This document shows positions 50,655-61,201 of a stretch of DNA of 64,000 nt, one piece after another. Positions within the stretch are counted from its first letter, which is position 1. The number at the start of each line of letters is the position of its first letter. The notes beneath the pieces are model-generated. The model worked only from the letters and a program-made list of their open reading frames with translations. It searched no databases and was not told the DNA's origin. The DNA lies in contig SYIL01000018.1 of the NCBI GenBank assembly GCA_005798825.1, forward strand, positions 43,943 to 107,942. The letters run 5' to 3'. The position numbers were made by a program, and so were the translations under genes. The DNA comes from Bacteroidota bacterium (lineage in GTDB: Bacteria; Bacteroidota; Bacteroidia; NS11-12g; UBA955).

Positions 50655-51842
50655 TTACACTTTTTTGGAAGTTGTTGGTGTCGGAAACACTCTCCAGTAA
50701 GCAAAGCCCAAGACACCCGCAAGAATCAATAATAAGGAAATCAATTGGGCTTGAGAAAATTCAATTCCAGAGAACCTGTAAAGACTCTCGCCATGTTCCC
50801 GAATCGATTCAATTAATAATCTCTCGCATCCTGCAAAAACCAAATAAATAGCAAAAAATTGGCCCGGAACAAGGTCTTTTTTACGAAAGAAAAACCACAA
50901 CAATGCAAACAGCATTAGCCCCATCAACGCTTCATACAAAGGAGTTGGGTATACTGGAGTTATAAGCTGATAAGAATATTCTCCCACCGAGCCCGGAATC
51001 TGTTCCATGCCACTGGCAGCATAATCTTTTCCCAAAACATTGTGTGGATATTTATAAGCCCAGGCCCAATCAGGCAATCCAGGATTGGGTTTTAAATTGG
51101 CGATTCCCCAATCTCCATCACCCGAAAAATGACAGCCAAATCGACCCAGCCCATACGCCAACATCATGGCAGGTCCACTGGAATCAATTACATGACGCCA
51201 ATTCAATCCCTTCTTTGTTGTATACCAAATTACGCCTATCGCACCACAAATTAGTCCTCCAAAAAAAGTCCAACCCCCACTGCTAAATAAATCTTGAATA
51301 AACGTATTGGGGTCAATTTGTTCTGGGTTTTCCAATAGATGAAATACCTTGGCTCCGAAAAATCCAGACAGTAGTGCTATTGTAGTGATATTTCCCATAT
51401 GGGCTGAAGCCGTTAATTCTTCGATTGATTCAGAAGGCGTTTCCTTGCGTTGCTTTTTATCACTGTAAAAAGTTTTTCCAATAGATAAAGACAAAAGTAA
51501 AAATCCCAAGCCAAAACTACCCTCCAATGAGAAAACATGATCTTGCGGGGAAAATCCTTCACCAGAATTCACCATTAAATACAAAATTTTATACCCAAAA
51601 ATAAATGACATACATCCATTGATGATATATTCGCTTAACGCAATACGAAGGCCTGTCACTTGTTTGACTTTTACTTTTGAAAAATGCCCCAATAATGTCT
51701 TGCGGTCAAATTCAGAGGCCATTGACCAATAGGCTGCGCCAATAGACAGCGCCACAAAAAAACCAAAAGTATTAACTACTTGGAGAAACGGCAAGGAAAT
51801 ACCTGTAAGTTCAAAAACAAAATGAAACAATGTTGGAAACAC
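50655..51842 (-). CDS. lgt: Prolipoprotein diacylglyceryl transferase Lgt (long Bacteroidota form)
   Basis: 395 aa with a GTG start and multiple TM helices. The Lgt signature is …LGRFGCHFSGDGDWG… …YPTPLYEALMGL…. Confidence 0.8.
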   Translation of the reverse strand: MFPTLFHFVFELTGISLPFLQVVNTFGFFVALSIGAAYWSMASEFDRKTLLGHFSKVKVKQVTGLRIALSEYIINGCMSFIFGYKILYLMVNSGEGFSPQDHVFSLEGSFGLGFLLLSLSIGKTFYSDKKQRKETPSESIEELTASAHMGNITTIALLSGFFGAKVFHLLENPEQIDPNTFIQDLFSSGGWTFFGGLICGAIGVIWYTTKKGLNWRHVIDSSGPAMMLAYGLGRFGCHFSGDGDWGIANLKPNPGLPDWAWAYKYPHNVLGKDYAASGMEQIPGSVGEYSYQLITPVYPTPLYEALMGLMLFALLWFFFRKKDLVPGQFFAIYLVFAGCERLLIESIREHGESLYRFSGIEFSQAQLISLLLILAGVLGFAYWRVFPTPTTSKKV

Positions 51843-51851
51843 CCTTGCAAG

Positions 51852-53159
51852 TTAGTGATGAACTTCGGCGTAATCAAATATACCGTTTACACAACCCTCA
51901 GGGTTGATAGATTCCAAGCAAACCCCGGCCAAGGAATTCACCAACAATGGATCGTAGTCTATGGCCACTTTGATATAATTATCCGTAAATCCAAACATCG
52001 TCCCACGGTTTGACCCTTCTTCGAATAATACGGTTCGCTTTTTTCCCAGATGGCTTCGGTAAAAGGCCATACGCTTTTTTTCACTCAATCCCCTTAACAT
52101 TTCGCCGCGCTCATTTCGCACTTTTACAGGCACTGAACCCGGCATTCTTTTCGCGGTTGTATTGGGGCGTTCGCTGTAAGGAAAAACATGTAAATAGGAC
52201 ACCTCTAATTCTGTCAAGAATTGATAGGTTTCCATAAAATGTTCGTGGGTTTCTCCTGGAAAACCAACAATAACATCGACCCCAATTCCACAATGGGGCA
52301 TCAATCGATTGATTGTTTTAATGCGTTCCGCATATAATTCACGGGAGTATCTTCTCCGCATTCCAAGAAGAATTTCATCGCTACCACTTTGAAGCGGTAT
52401 GTGAAAATGGGGAACAAAACGCTTACTCTTAGACACAAATTCTATAATTTCATTGTTCAATAGATTGGGTTCAATGCTGCTGATACGGAAACGCTCAATG
52501 CCATCAATGGTATCTATTTCTTGAATCAGGTCGAGAAAAGTTTGACCCTGATTTTTCCCAAAATCACCGAGATTAACGCCAGTAAGCACTACTTCTTTGG
52601 CTCCACTTTGGGCCGCTTCTCTTATAAGAGACAAGGTTTCAGTAATCGTTGCGCTGCGACTTTTTCCGCGCGCCAATGGGATGGTACAGAAACTACAAAA
52701 ATAATCACACCCATCTTGTACCTTCAAAAATATACGCGTTCGATCACCCATGCTAAAGCCCGGTACAAATGTATTTACCTCTTTAATCGGGGCATTGAAA
52801 ACAACTGTCTTAGGCTCTTTAACCAAAGTTTGTAGATGGTCTATCAATTGAAATTTTTCTGCAGCACCTAAAACCCTATCAACTCCTGGAATCTGGGCAA
52901 TTTCGTTCGGTTTTAACTGGGCATAACAACCAATCACAACTATATAAGCATCGGGATTGTGTTTTAATGCCTCTCGAACCACTTTCTTGCATTTGCGGTC
53001 GGCATGATCAGTTACACTGCAAGTATTGATAACATATACATCTGCCCCATCCTGAAATTCACATTTCTCGAATCCCGCTTTTGTTAATTGCTGGGCAATA
53101 ATGCTAGTTTCGGCATAGTTGAGTTTGCAACCAAGGGTGTAAAAGGCAACAGATGACAT
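51852..53159 (-). CDS. mtaB: tRNA methylthiotransferase of the MtaB/MiaB radical-SAM family (MtaB-like N-terminus)
   Basis: 435 aa. The MTTase N-domain reads VAFYTLGCKLNYAETS. The radical-SAM motif is CDYFCSFC. A C-terminal TRAM domain is present. Confidence 0.7.
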   Translation of the reverse strand: MSSVAFYTLGCKLNYAETSIIAQQLTKAGFEKCEFQDGADVYVINTCSVTDHADRKCKKVVREALKHNPDAYIVVIGCYAQLKPNEIAQIPGVDRVLGAAEKFQLIDHLQTLVKEPKTVVFNAPIKEVNTFVPGFSMGDRTRIFLKVQDGCDYFCSFCTIPLARGKSRSATITETLSLIREAAQSGAKEVVLTGVNLGDFGKNQGQTFLDLIQEIDTIDGIERFRISSIEPNLLNNEIIEFVSKSKRFVPHFHIPLQSGSDEILLGMRRRYSRELYAERIKTINRLMPHCGIGVDVIVGFPGETHEHFMETYQFLTELEVSYLHVFPYSERPNTTAKRMPGSVPVKVRNERGEMLRGLSEKKRMAFYRSHLGKKRTVLFEEGSNRGTMFGFTDNYIKVAIDYDPLLVNSLAGVCLESINPEGCVNGIFDYAEVHH

Positions 53160-53189
53160 TGGAATACAAAGGTACGGAAACGTCTACAC

Positions 53190-53909
53190 TTAGAAAATAA
53201 GGGCAAGTTCCAGGCTACAAGTTCCGATTCTCTGGGACCTGCCCTTTGGCTCCAATAGGGGATCTGTCGTTGGGGATACCCCCTTGAGGTTAAAATTATT
53301 GTTGATACTATTCAAACCATATTTTACAGAAATCTGATAACCCATTAATGGGCCCCTGTTTTGATATCCCACCAAAGCTTGAATTTCGAATGGTTTTAAG
53401 GATAATTTATCCCATTTACGAAGGTATTCCTCTTGTTGATAGGGTATTTTTTGAGGGCCAACATAGACTACAGAATTAAAAATATATGCCCATTGAACAC
53501 CCAATTGTAAACACTTTTGATTTTTTTCTTGCTGCTTTGAAAGCCGATAATTGACCGTTAAAGGAATATCAACAGAACTTATTCCAAGTTTTGTATAGGC
53601 TTTATTAATGGCTGTATCCCCTTTTTTGGCATTGGCAAAATTGCTTCCGCGAAGACGCATATCAATGCCAATCTGCCAACTGTATTTGCTTTTTTTGTCT
53701 ACATTTCCATGCCAATAAAATCCAGCAATGTATCCGAGCATTGGCTTGGGATTTTGAAGTTTTCCGCCGTAAATTGTATGCATCCCACAGCCCATTTTGA
53801 TACCAAAGTTCTGACGATCTTCATATACTTGATCAGAAACAAGTTGGGCAAATGCATTGAAAGAACCCAAAAAACAAAATAAAACCCAATATTGTCTGAA
53901 GTTATTCAT
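53190..53909 (-). CDS. Outer-membrane beta-barrel protein (porin-family, OmpA-like barrel)
   Basis: 239 aa. It has a signal peptide (…FLGSFNAFAQ) and alternating amphipathic strands. The C-terminus is …SLELALIF. Confidence 0.5.
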   Translation of the reverse strand: MNNFRQYWVLFCFLGSFNAFAQLVSDQVYEDRQNFGIKMGCGMHTIYGGKLQNPKPMLGYIAGFYWHGNVDKKSKYSWQIGIDMRLRGSNFANAKKGDTAINKAYTKLGISSVDIPLTVNYRLSKQQEKNQKCLQLGVQWAYIFNSVVYVGPQKIPYQQEEYLRKWDKLSLKPFEIQALVGYQNRGPLMGYQISVKYGLNSINNNFNLKGVSPTTDPLLEPKGRSQRIGTCSLELALIF

Positions 53910-53911
53910 GC

Positions 53912-55825
53912 TTATATTTCTTTTCCTTTGAGGGCTGAGGAAATTGCAATGTTCATAAGGTTTTCTGCAAAAGGACGGGTGTGGTTATTCAATGCAGTTA
54001 TTCCTTGCAACAGGGCATCTTTATTTGATCCAATGTTTAATAGACGTTTTAGAGCATCAATTCGTTGCGTGGTGTCCACAAGTTGAATTGGGCTGAGCAT
54101 ATCCCCATTTTTTGCAATAAAACGGTTTACGCTATAGATTAATTGTTGGGCTTCATTGATTGTTTCTTGCAATCCACGAACTTGCATATCAGATTGTGCG
54201 TTGGCAAAACCATCCAACAACATCTTTTCTAATGCCTCATCACTGAGTCCGTATTGGGGTTTTATTTCGATATTTTGGGAGACTCCACTGCGAAGTTCTG
54301 ATGCATAAACCGTGAGAACCCCATCGGCATTTACAGAGAAAATGACTTCAATTTTGGGAAATCCCGCAGGCATTGCAGGTATACCTTTTAATATAAATTC
54401 ACCCAATTTTCGATTTTCCTTAACCATCGCACGTTCTCCTTGAAAAACTGCAATTTGGAGATTGATTTGGCCATCTACCGAAGTAGAATATTCACGACGC
54501 ACCCGACAGGGTAATTTTGTGTTTCGAGGAATAAGCAAATCCATCAGACCCCCTGCAGTTTCGATACCCAATCCCAAAGGCGTTATATCAAGCAAAAGAA
54601 TGTCTTTGCGATTACCTGCCAACACATCAGCTTCGATGGCAGCACCCAAAGCCACCACCTCATCTGGATTAAGCGAATTGTTAATTATCAAATGCGGGAA
54701 TTGTGCAGATAATACCCGAGATATCTCAGGATAACGGGAACTGCCACCCACCAAAACAAGGGCTTGAATATCGGAGGGTTTTAGAGATGCGTCACGCAAG
54801 GCTGCGACAATACATGCTTGGGTTTTTAATACTAAGACTTGGGCGGCATTCACCAAGTCACCATAATTGAGAGAAAGCTCAATCTTTTCCTTCGTTGCAG
54901 ATTCAATGCCCTGGGGTTGAACAGTACTTGTATTGGAAAATTCAAACCATTCTGTAAATATGAGATTGGTATTGTTAGACAAGAAAATTTTAGCGGTTTC
55001 AGCCAATAATCTGAGGGCTTGAATATCTCCTGGTTGGTCACAATTTGCCAAAGCGGGATGTGTTTCCTGCCAAAATGCCATTATTGAATAATCGATATCA
55101 TCTCCACCAAGGCGGGTATCACCCTGGGTTGCCAATACTTCAAATACGCCGTCTTCAATCTGTAAAATTGATATATCAAAAGTTCCACCACCCAAATCAT
55201 ACACCAAAATGGTCTGCGAAACCGAACGGTCCAATCCTAAACCATAGCTCAGGCTTGCTGCAGTTGGTTCATTGATGATACGCAAAACATCCAACCCTGC
55301 CAATTTTCCAGCATCTCGGGTAGCTTGTCTCTGGCTGTCATTAAAATACGCTGGAACCGAAATAACCGCTTGGAATACCTCTTGCCCCAATACTTTTTCT
55401 GCTTTATGCTTTAAGGCGCGCAAAATCATCGCACTGAGTTCAACCGCATTGTACAATTTTTTATCTATCTCGATACGCAACATCGAATCAATTTCATCTT
55501 CTACGATGTTGTATCCCAAAAATTGTTGTGCTGATGTTATTTCTTGAAAACTTCTACCCAGCAAACGCTTCACGCTAAAAATTGTTCGTTCGGGTGCGTC
55601 GAGCAACGATTCCTTTGCCAAAATACCCACAACGGGGTCAGCATTGGGCTTTATTAAAATTACTGAAGGAAGTAGTGCACCCCATTCATCGACAATGACT
55701 TCGGCCTTATTCGTTTGGGGATTTATCCATGCCACCAAGCTATTGGTTGTACCCAAATCTATTCCAACAACTATATTGGATTTTACAATTTTACCACTGT
55801 TAATATCAATTTTGATTTTAGCCAT
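53912..55825 (-). CDS. hscA: Hsp70-family chaperone, HscA-like
   Basis: 637 aa. It has [14 protein letters not shown] (HscA-type NSLVA rather than DnaK NSCVA), an actin-like ATPase domain, and a substrate-binding domain. No hscB or iscU gene is adjacent. Confidence 0.8.
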   Translation of the reverse strand: MAKIKIDINSGKIVKSNIVVGIDLGTTNSLVAWINPQTNKAEVIVDEWGALLPSVILIKPNADPVVGILAKESLLDAPERTIFSVKRLLGRSFQEITSAQQFLGYNIVEDEIDSMLRIEIDKKLYNAVELSAMILRALKHKAEKVLGQEVFQAVISVPAYFNDSQRQATRDAGKLAGLDVLRIINEPTAASLSYGLGLDRSVSQTILVYDLGGGTFDISILQIEDGVFEVLATQGDTRLGGDDIDYSIMAFWQETHPALANCDQPGDIQALRLLAETAKIFLSNNTNLIFTEWFEFSNTSTVQPQGIESATKEKIELSLNYGDLVNAAQVLVLKTQACIVAALRDASLKPSDIQALVLVGGSSRYPEISRVLSAQFPHLIINNSLNPDEVVALGAAIEADVLAGNRKDILLLDITPLGLGIETAGGLMDLLIPRNTKLPCRVRREYSTSVDGQINLQIAVFQGERAMVKENRKLGEFILKGIPAMPAGFPKIEVIFSVNADGVLTVYASELRSGVSQNIEIKPQYGLSDEALEKMLLDGFANAQSDMQVRGLQETINEAQQLIYSVNRFIAKNGDMLSPIQLVDTTQRIDALKRLLNIGSNKDALLQGITALNNHTRPFAENLMNIAISSALKGKEI

Positions 55826-55998
55826 TGTAGCATCCCAAAAATGACAACAAAGTTACCAAGCTTATTGGATTTGAAAAACTTTAGTTTATTGAATACCATA
55901 ATTTGATGCATAAATGGTCAAAAGTTATGACGGAATTCTTACAATGAAACCAGCAAGACAAATTTCACCTGGGCTTAACTTTGTGGAATCTAAATAGA

Positions 55999-57339
55999 AT
56001 GAAAAATAATCTACTCCAATCAGTTCTTTTCCTAGTGCTTCTAGTACCCTCAATTTCTAAATCACAAACCATTATTGCTGACACGGTAACCATGAACCAA
56101 GGTTATTCGAATAGTGTGTATTTTAATATTCGTACTGGAAAAAAAACACTCTCCCCTACTAACGCTTGGGACATGTCACACACAACTGTATCACGCGACA
56201 ATTGTTTACGAATCAATCACATGAATGGAATTGAATTATACGCTTATCCAAATGGAGACAATTCGGCTTACACCTCGATGGATACAAGCGGTTGGACTAA
56301 GTGGAAAAAATATTATAACAGTATCAGCGTTCACGATTTGGGTGCATTCAACCAATCTGTTAACAAAAAAAATATGTGGGATTTTAGTTGGGGTGTTTAT
56401 GATCCAACAACAAAAATTATCACCGGAGATTCCTTGTATTTATTGGTAATAAACAACCCTAGTAAGGGTAAAACATTTCTCAAATTTATGCCCATTGCAC
56501 AATTGATCTCTGGAGATTTCATCTTTAAATTTGGAAGCTTAGATGGAACCAACAATAGGACTGATACCCTCATGCAATCTGATTTTACAGGAAAAAGCTA
56601 TAAATATTATAACTTCCTAAAAGGGAAAATTCAGGTTGAACCCCTACGCGATAACTACGACATATTGTTTACCCGATACCTCGCCCTAAGCGTTCCCCCT
56701 GGTGGTGGAAGTCCAGTATTTTATCCAACCATGGGTGTTGAAAGCAAACGTGGAACCAGAATTTCAAAAATCACTGATTACACTTGGACAGAAATCGGTC
56801 AAAATCCAGCCAAAGTATTGGATGCGATTAAAACGCCAGGTAATCAAATCCAGCTTAGCAATGACCTTACAAAAATTGGCTCTGATTGGAAAACTTATAA
56901 CAATGCAAGCATGCTTTGGAAAATTGAAAATACCTGGATCTACATTGTAGAAAGCGTTCGAAACCAAGTTATCCCTAACGATACGGCCTATTGGATGATT
57001 TCCTTTACAGGTTTTTCAGGATCTGGCAAAGGAGATACATATTTCAATCGCCAGGAGCTCAAGGGACGCGTAAGTGCTTCGAGTAAAACCAATAAGTTGC
57101 GTGCGACATTATTTCCGAACCCAGCAGAAAAAGAATTGTTATTGTGGATTTCATCAGAATCGCAATGTGCCAATATCAAATTATTGGGTACAGACGGACG
57201 TGTAATTTCTTCACTAAATGCCATTTCGCTCAGTGATTCATCGCTGCGTATCCCTATAGAACAACTCGCATCTGGTTCTTACCGTATTTTGGTTCAAACC
57301 CCTACCGAACAAATTAATCTTCCTTTTTTCAAACAATAA
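55999..57339 (+). CDS. HmuY-like (PF14064-like) secreted protein with T9SS type-A C-terminal domain
   Basis: The track ORF starts with TTG at 55981. The ATG at 55999 gives the signal peptide MKNNLLQSVLFLVLLVPSISKSQT. The N-terminal motif …SVYFNIRTGKKTLSPTNAWDMSHTTVSRDNCLRIN… resembles the P. gingivalis HmuY WQYFSFSKGEVV…NWDMALHRYDVRLN. The C-terminus …LFPNPAEKELLLWIS…GSYRILVQT… is a T9SS type-A CTD. Confidence 0.5.
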   Translation: MKNNLLQSVLFLVLLVPSISKSQTIIADTVTMNQGYSNSVYFNIRTGKKTLSPTNAWDMSHTTVSRDNCLRINHMNGIELYAYPNGDNSAYTSMDTSGWTKWKKYYNSISVHDLGAFNQSVNKKNMWDFSWGVYDPTTKIITGDSLYLLVINNPSKGKTFLKFMPIAQLISGDFIFKFGSLDGTNNRTDTLMQSDFTGKSYKYYNFLKGKIQVEPLRDNYDILFTRYLALSVPPGGGSPVFYPTMGVESKRGTRISKITDYTWTEIGQNPAKVLDAIKTPGNQIQLSNDLTKIGSDWKTYNNASMLWKIENTWIYIVESVRNQVIPNDTAYWMISFTGFSGSGKGDTYFNRQELKGRVSASSKTNKLRATLFPNPAEKELLLWISSESQCANIKLLGTDGRVISSLNAISLSDSSLRIPIEQLASGSYRILVQTPTEQINLPFFKQ

Positions 57340-57362
57340 ATCTCATTGGATTTCTGCCTGCG

Positions 57363-59468
57363 ATGTTTCGCCAACTTGCAACACTATTTTTCTTCCTACC
57401 CCTGATTTCGGTTGGACAGGTATCCGATAGCATTTCGAATTCCGACCTCATTGATCCGGTGATGATTACTGGTAATACAGATGCAAAAAAAATTAGCCAG
57501 TCTCCTTATAACGTTCAGGTAATTCCTGGTAAAACCATCCGAAGAATGGGCGCGCAGAACCTCGCTGAGGTACTCCAGAATCAGTCGGGTATTCTAATTG
57601 GACAAGATGCCCAATTGGGTACAGGAATAACAATGCAGGGATTGGGTGGGCAAGCAGTGAAGATTCTCATTGATGGAATACCGATGATTGGTCGCCTCAA
57701 TGGAAATATTGATCTAGGCCAAATTATGGTTGGCCAAATTGATCGCATTGAAATTATTGAAGGACCAATGGGAGTTGTGTATGGTTCGGATGCTATCGCT
57801 GGCGTAATTAATGTCATCACCAAACAACTGCAAACCAAAACCCAGTCAAACTTGGTCGCCTATGCCGATGCTACCCGGCATTACAACATAGAATCCAATG
57901 TCCAATATCCCCTCAGTATTGGCGATAAGTCATATCAACTCCCCTTGTCGTTTTCTATTGGAAGACACTATTTTGGAGGCGTGGATTTTGATACCTCGAA
58001 CCGTCACTTCGATTGGAAACCCAAAACCAAGGTGTTTGCCAATGCCAATATTTTATTCAAAAAGGGTAAAAGCCAACACCAACTTTCTGGTTCGATGCTC
58101 CATGAAATGATGTTAGATCGAAGTGATGCCGAGTACAATTTGGTTTCAGTATATGGTTATAACAACCGATTTTACACACAACGGAATAACATCGCCTTAC
58201 AATCAAATTTCGTATTGGGGAAAAATACCAGAGTTCAATGGACCAATGGAATCAATCGGTATTACCGATTCAATGTGCTCAAGCGTCGCAATCTGGTTCT
58301 GGGTGATGAAATTGAATCTCTCATTGGGGAAATAGATACAACCCTCAATTTGGCCTATAATTCTCGGGCTTTGATTTCTTGGAAACCTTCAGAGAAAATA
58401 CAATTTCTGTATGGTTTTGACGCGAATACTGAAATGCTGAGTTCCAAACGGGTAAAAAAGGACAATGCCATGAATGATGTCGGAATCTTTGTTGAATCAG
58501 AATGGAAAATATCTCCAAAAATATCGATTCGGCCCAGCTTGCGCGTCATGTACAATAGCCTTTTTGGACGTACCCCCTTTCCTGAAATACTGGGGCCCAC
58601 TTGGAAAATCGCCCCCCTAATTCCGTCTTTTCAATCGCGATGGGTATTGAGCAAACACATTACCATGAGGGGTTCTTATGGTAAAGGTTTTCGTTCACCA
58701 ACCTTAAAAGAACGCAATTTTTTGTTTGTAGACATCAATCACAACGTTCAAGGCAATCCAGACTTGGTTCCAGAAATTTCCCAAAATGCTATCCTTAGCT
58801 TTGACTACCGCCACGGGATATCGGTCTATCAGGCAGTGAGTCTTACGCTAAAAGGATTTTACAATCAACTCACGAATCAAATTCAATTATCTCTTGTGGA
58901 CAACTCCACCCGATTGTTTAAATACATCAATATTGGTGAGCTAAATAGCAGAGGAATGGGTGCAGAATTCAACTACCATCAATCTAGCTTTAATGTAAAA
59001 GCAGGTTTCGACTGCATTTCCAATAAAAGTAAACTGAATGACACAACCCAAACAATTCATTTTAGCACTGTTCAGGGCAAACTAAATCTGGCTTATACAT
59101 TTGAAAAACCCCAATTAAGCGCACAAATTTTTACCCGTTTTTCGGGGAAAACCCAAGTCTTTTACGCCAATGGGGGCGCCCCATTCAGTGCAGAAGCATA
59201 TACCCTATTAGACCTTAGTGTAAGTAAATATATTAGGGGCAGAAAGAAACCAGAAAAAATCCACAATACATGGCTAAATCAGCCCATGACTTTGCAGTTG
59301 GGCTGTAAAAACATATTGGGAATCACGCAAATGGCAGCGCCAATCAGGGGGGGCACTTTCCCAGGGAATGGAATCCCATCAATGGGTGCAATACATACTG
59401 GTGGTGCAGCGCTTCAAATTACTCCTGGTAGATCCTTCTTCATTTCACTAACTTTGAACATCCAATGA
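57363..59468 (+). CDS. TonB-dependent outer-membrane receptor
   Basis: 701 aa. It has a signal peptide, a plug domain (…IDRIEIIEGPMGVVYGSDAIAGVINVITK…) and a long beta-barrel. Its end overlaps the downstream gene by 4 nt. Confidence 0.85.
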   Translation: MFRQLATLFFFLPLISVGQVSDSISNSDLIDPVMITGNTDAKKISQSPYNVQVIPGKTIRRMGAQNLAEVLQNQSGILIGQDAQLGTGITMQGLGGQAVKILIDGIPMIGRLNGNIDLGQIMVGQIDRIEIIEGPMGVVYGSDAIAGVINVITKQLQTKTQSNLVAYADATRHYNIESNVQYPLSIGDKSYQLPLSFSIGRHYFGGVDFDTSNRHFDWKPKTKVFANANILFKKGKSQHQLSGSMLHEMMLDRSDAEYNLVSVYGYNNRFYTQRNNIALQSNFVLGKNTRVQWTNGINRYYRFNVLKRRNLVLGDEIESLIGEIDTTLNLAYNSRALISWKPSEKIQFLYGFDANTEMLSSKRVKKDNAMNDVGIFVESEWKISPKISIRPSLRVMYNSLFGRTPFPEILGPTWKIAPLIPSFQSRWVLSKHITMRGSYGKGFRSPTLKERNFLFVDINHNVQGNPDLVPEISQNAILSFDYRHGISVYQAVSLTLKGFYNQLTNQIQLSLVDNSTRLFKYINIGELNSRGMGAEFNYHQSSFNVKAGFDCISNKSKLNDTTQTIHFSTVQGKLNLAYTFEKPQLSAQIFTRFSGKTQVFYANGGAPFSAEAYTLLDLSVSKYIRGRKKPEKIHNTWLNQPMTLQLGCKNILGITQMAAPIRGGTFPGNGIPSMGAIHTGGAALQITPGRSFFISLTLNIQ

Positions 59469-60478
59469 GAACAATTTTTTGGGTATTCACAGTTTCATTT
59501 CTTGGCATGCTGTCATGCGAGAAACCTGAGAAACTATTTCCACAACCCATGGTTTCAAAGGGCTTGCAAACCCAAACCTTTAAAATGGGTGAAACCTACG
59601 AAAACCAATTGTGGTACTCCTTTACAACACAACAAATAAGAACCAATCAATATGGTTTATGGCATATTGGGTTTTCGTGTAATAATGCTCCACGGATTAT
59701 AATAAATGGCGGATTAAACGTAAATTTTTCCATTGCTAAATTTGGCAACTGCTCATTTAAAAGCGTTAATCATGATAGTCTGCGCAAGGCAAATTGGCAA
59801 TTCGATAATCCGTCGGGAGAAATCGATTCCTTGGCGTTTGGCAGATGCTTTAAACCAATGGGATTCGGAAAATTCGAAATTGTAGACCAAATTTTTATAC
59901 TCGATCTGGGTGCAAAGATTGTCGACAGTATGCGCTATATCAAACTGCAACTGCTAGGATTGTCTGGCGGATATTATGGATTTGGATATAGTTATCTTAA
60001 TGACACTGCCATAAGATTTAAAAAAACCCTTGCCATAAATCCCCAAATGAACTTCGTTTACTATAATTTCATCGACCATAAGGAAGTATACGATGAACCT
60101 TTTTCAAATAATAATTGGGATATTGTTTTTACCACTTACAAAAAATTTGTCCCTGATCCAAATGGTGTCCCGTTTCCATATATTATCCGCGGGGTTTTAA
60201 TAAATCCCCAGAAAGTTGAAGTCGCAGAGATCAATGATATACCCTTTAATACAATTGATCTAAACTTTGCCCAAAAGGTGATATTTTCAAAAAAAAAGGA
60301 TGAGATCGGTTATGATTGGAAACAATATGAACCGGTTTCAGATCGATATACAATGGTTCCAAATAGGGTTTATTTGATTCGCGAGGCTGGCGTGATCATA
60401 AAATTGCGTTTCGTAGACTTCTACAATGACCAAGGAAAAAAAGGCTATCCAAAAATTGCCTGGGAATATTTACAATAA
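59465..60478 (+). CDS. HmuY-like lipoprotein (second PF14064-like gene of the locus)
   Basis: 337 aa with a lipoprotein signal (…FLGMLSCEK). The motif …NQLWYSFTTQQIRTNQYGLWHIGFSCNNAPRIIINGG… has the same spacing as the HmuY W-Y-F-S-F … W-D-M-A pattern. Confidence 0.45.
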   Translation: MRTIFWVFTVSFLGMLSCEKPEKLFPQPMVSKGLQTQTFKMGETYENQLWYSFTTQQIRTNQYGLWHIGFSCNNAPRIIINGGLNVNFSIAKFGNCSFKSVNHDSLRKANWQFDNPSGEIDSLAFGRCFKPMGFGKFEIVDQIFILDLGAKIVDSMRYIKLQLLGLSGGYYGFGYSYLNDTAIRFKKTLAINPQMNFVYYNFIDHKEVYDEPFSNNNWDIVFTTYKKFVPDPNGVPFPYIIRGVLINPQKVEVAEINDIPFNTIDLNFAQKVIFSKKKDEIGYDWKQYEPVSDRYTMVPNRVYLIREAGVIIKLRFVDFYNDQGKKGYPKIAWEYLQ

Positions 60479-60493
60479 TTGTTTTGTGTCACT

Positions 60494-61201
60494 ATGCTGG
60501 TCAAAACTGAAGCTATTGTTGTTAAAAAAACGGCTTACACCGATCACTCTGCAGTGGTAAAATTGTTTACAAAAGAATTCGGCTTGACTTCTTTTATTAT
60601 TCAAGGCCTTCACGGAAAACAAAATAAAAATTCGCTCATACAGCCAGGAACAATTATTGAATTGGTATTCCATAAAAAATATCAAGGCCTGATGCGTGCC
60701 AAAGAATTGTCTCTCATCTCGGGCTGGGGATACAGACACCTCCCAATCCATGACCAAGTTCGCTGGTTTTTTTTAGAGCTACTCAACCATGTATTGCACG
60801 AGGAACAGCCAGAAGAATCACTTTTTTTATTGTCTAAAGAAACCTTTACTGCCTTAAACGAAGGCGTCGAAAACCTGTCTGTTTTGCCTATTTATTTCCT
60901 TTATAATTTTTGTAAAGAAACTGGCCATGCCCTGCAAATTGATGCGGAAAGTATGCGAAAAGGACTGGATATTCTGGGTGGTGGCTATGCAAATGACCGC
61001 AGCTTACCCATCCATACGATTGGCCCAGAAGACTGCACGCTTTTGCATCAAATTGCCATTGAAAAAAGGACGAATGTTTTATTAAAATCTCGAAGGGTAA
61101 TTATTGGCCATCTTCTTGCCTATATCCAGATTCATGTAATTCCCGGAAAAACCCTTCAATCCTTGAATATTTTGCAAGATATTACGCAAGGGTCTCACTA
61201 G
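60494..61201 (+). CDS. recO: DNA repair protein RecO
   Basis: The track ORF starts with TTG at 60479. The conserved N-terminus [30 protein letters not shown] begins at the ATG at 60494. It has an OB fold plus a helical domain. Confidence 0.75.
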   Translation: MLVKTEAIVVKKTAYTDHSAVVKLFTKEFGLTSFIIQGLHGKQNKNSLIQPGTIIELVFHKKYQGLMRAKELSLISGWGYRHLPIHDQVRWFFLELLNHVLHEEQPEESLFLLSKETFTALNEGVENLSVLPIYFLYNFCKETGHALQIDAESMRKGLDILGGGYANDRSLPIHTIGPEDCTLLHQIAIEKRTNVLLKSRRVIIGHLLAYIQIHVIPGKTLQSLNILQDITQGSH

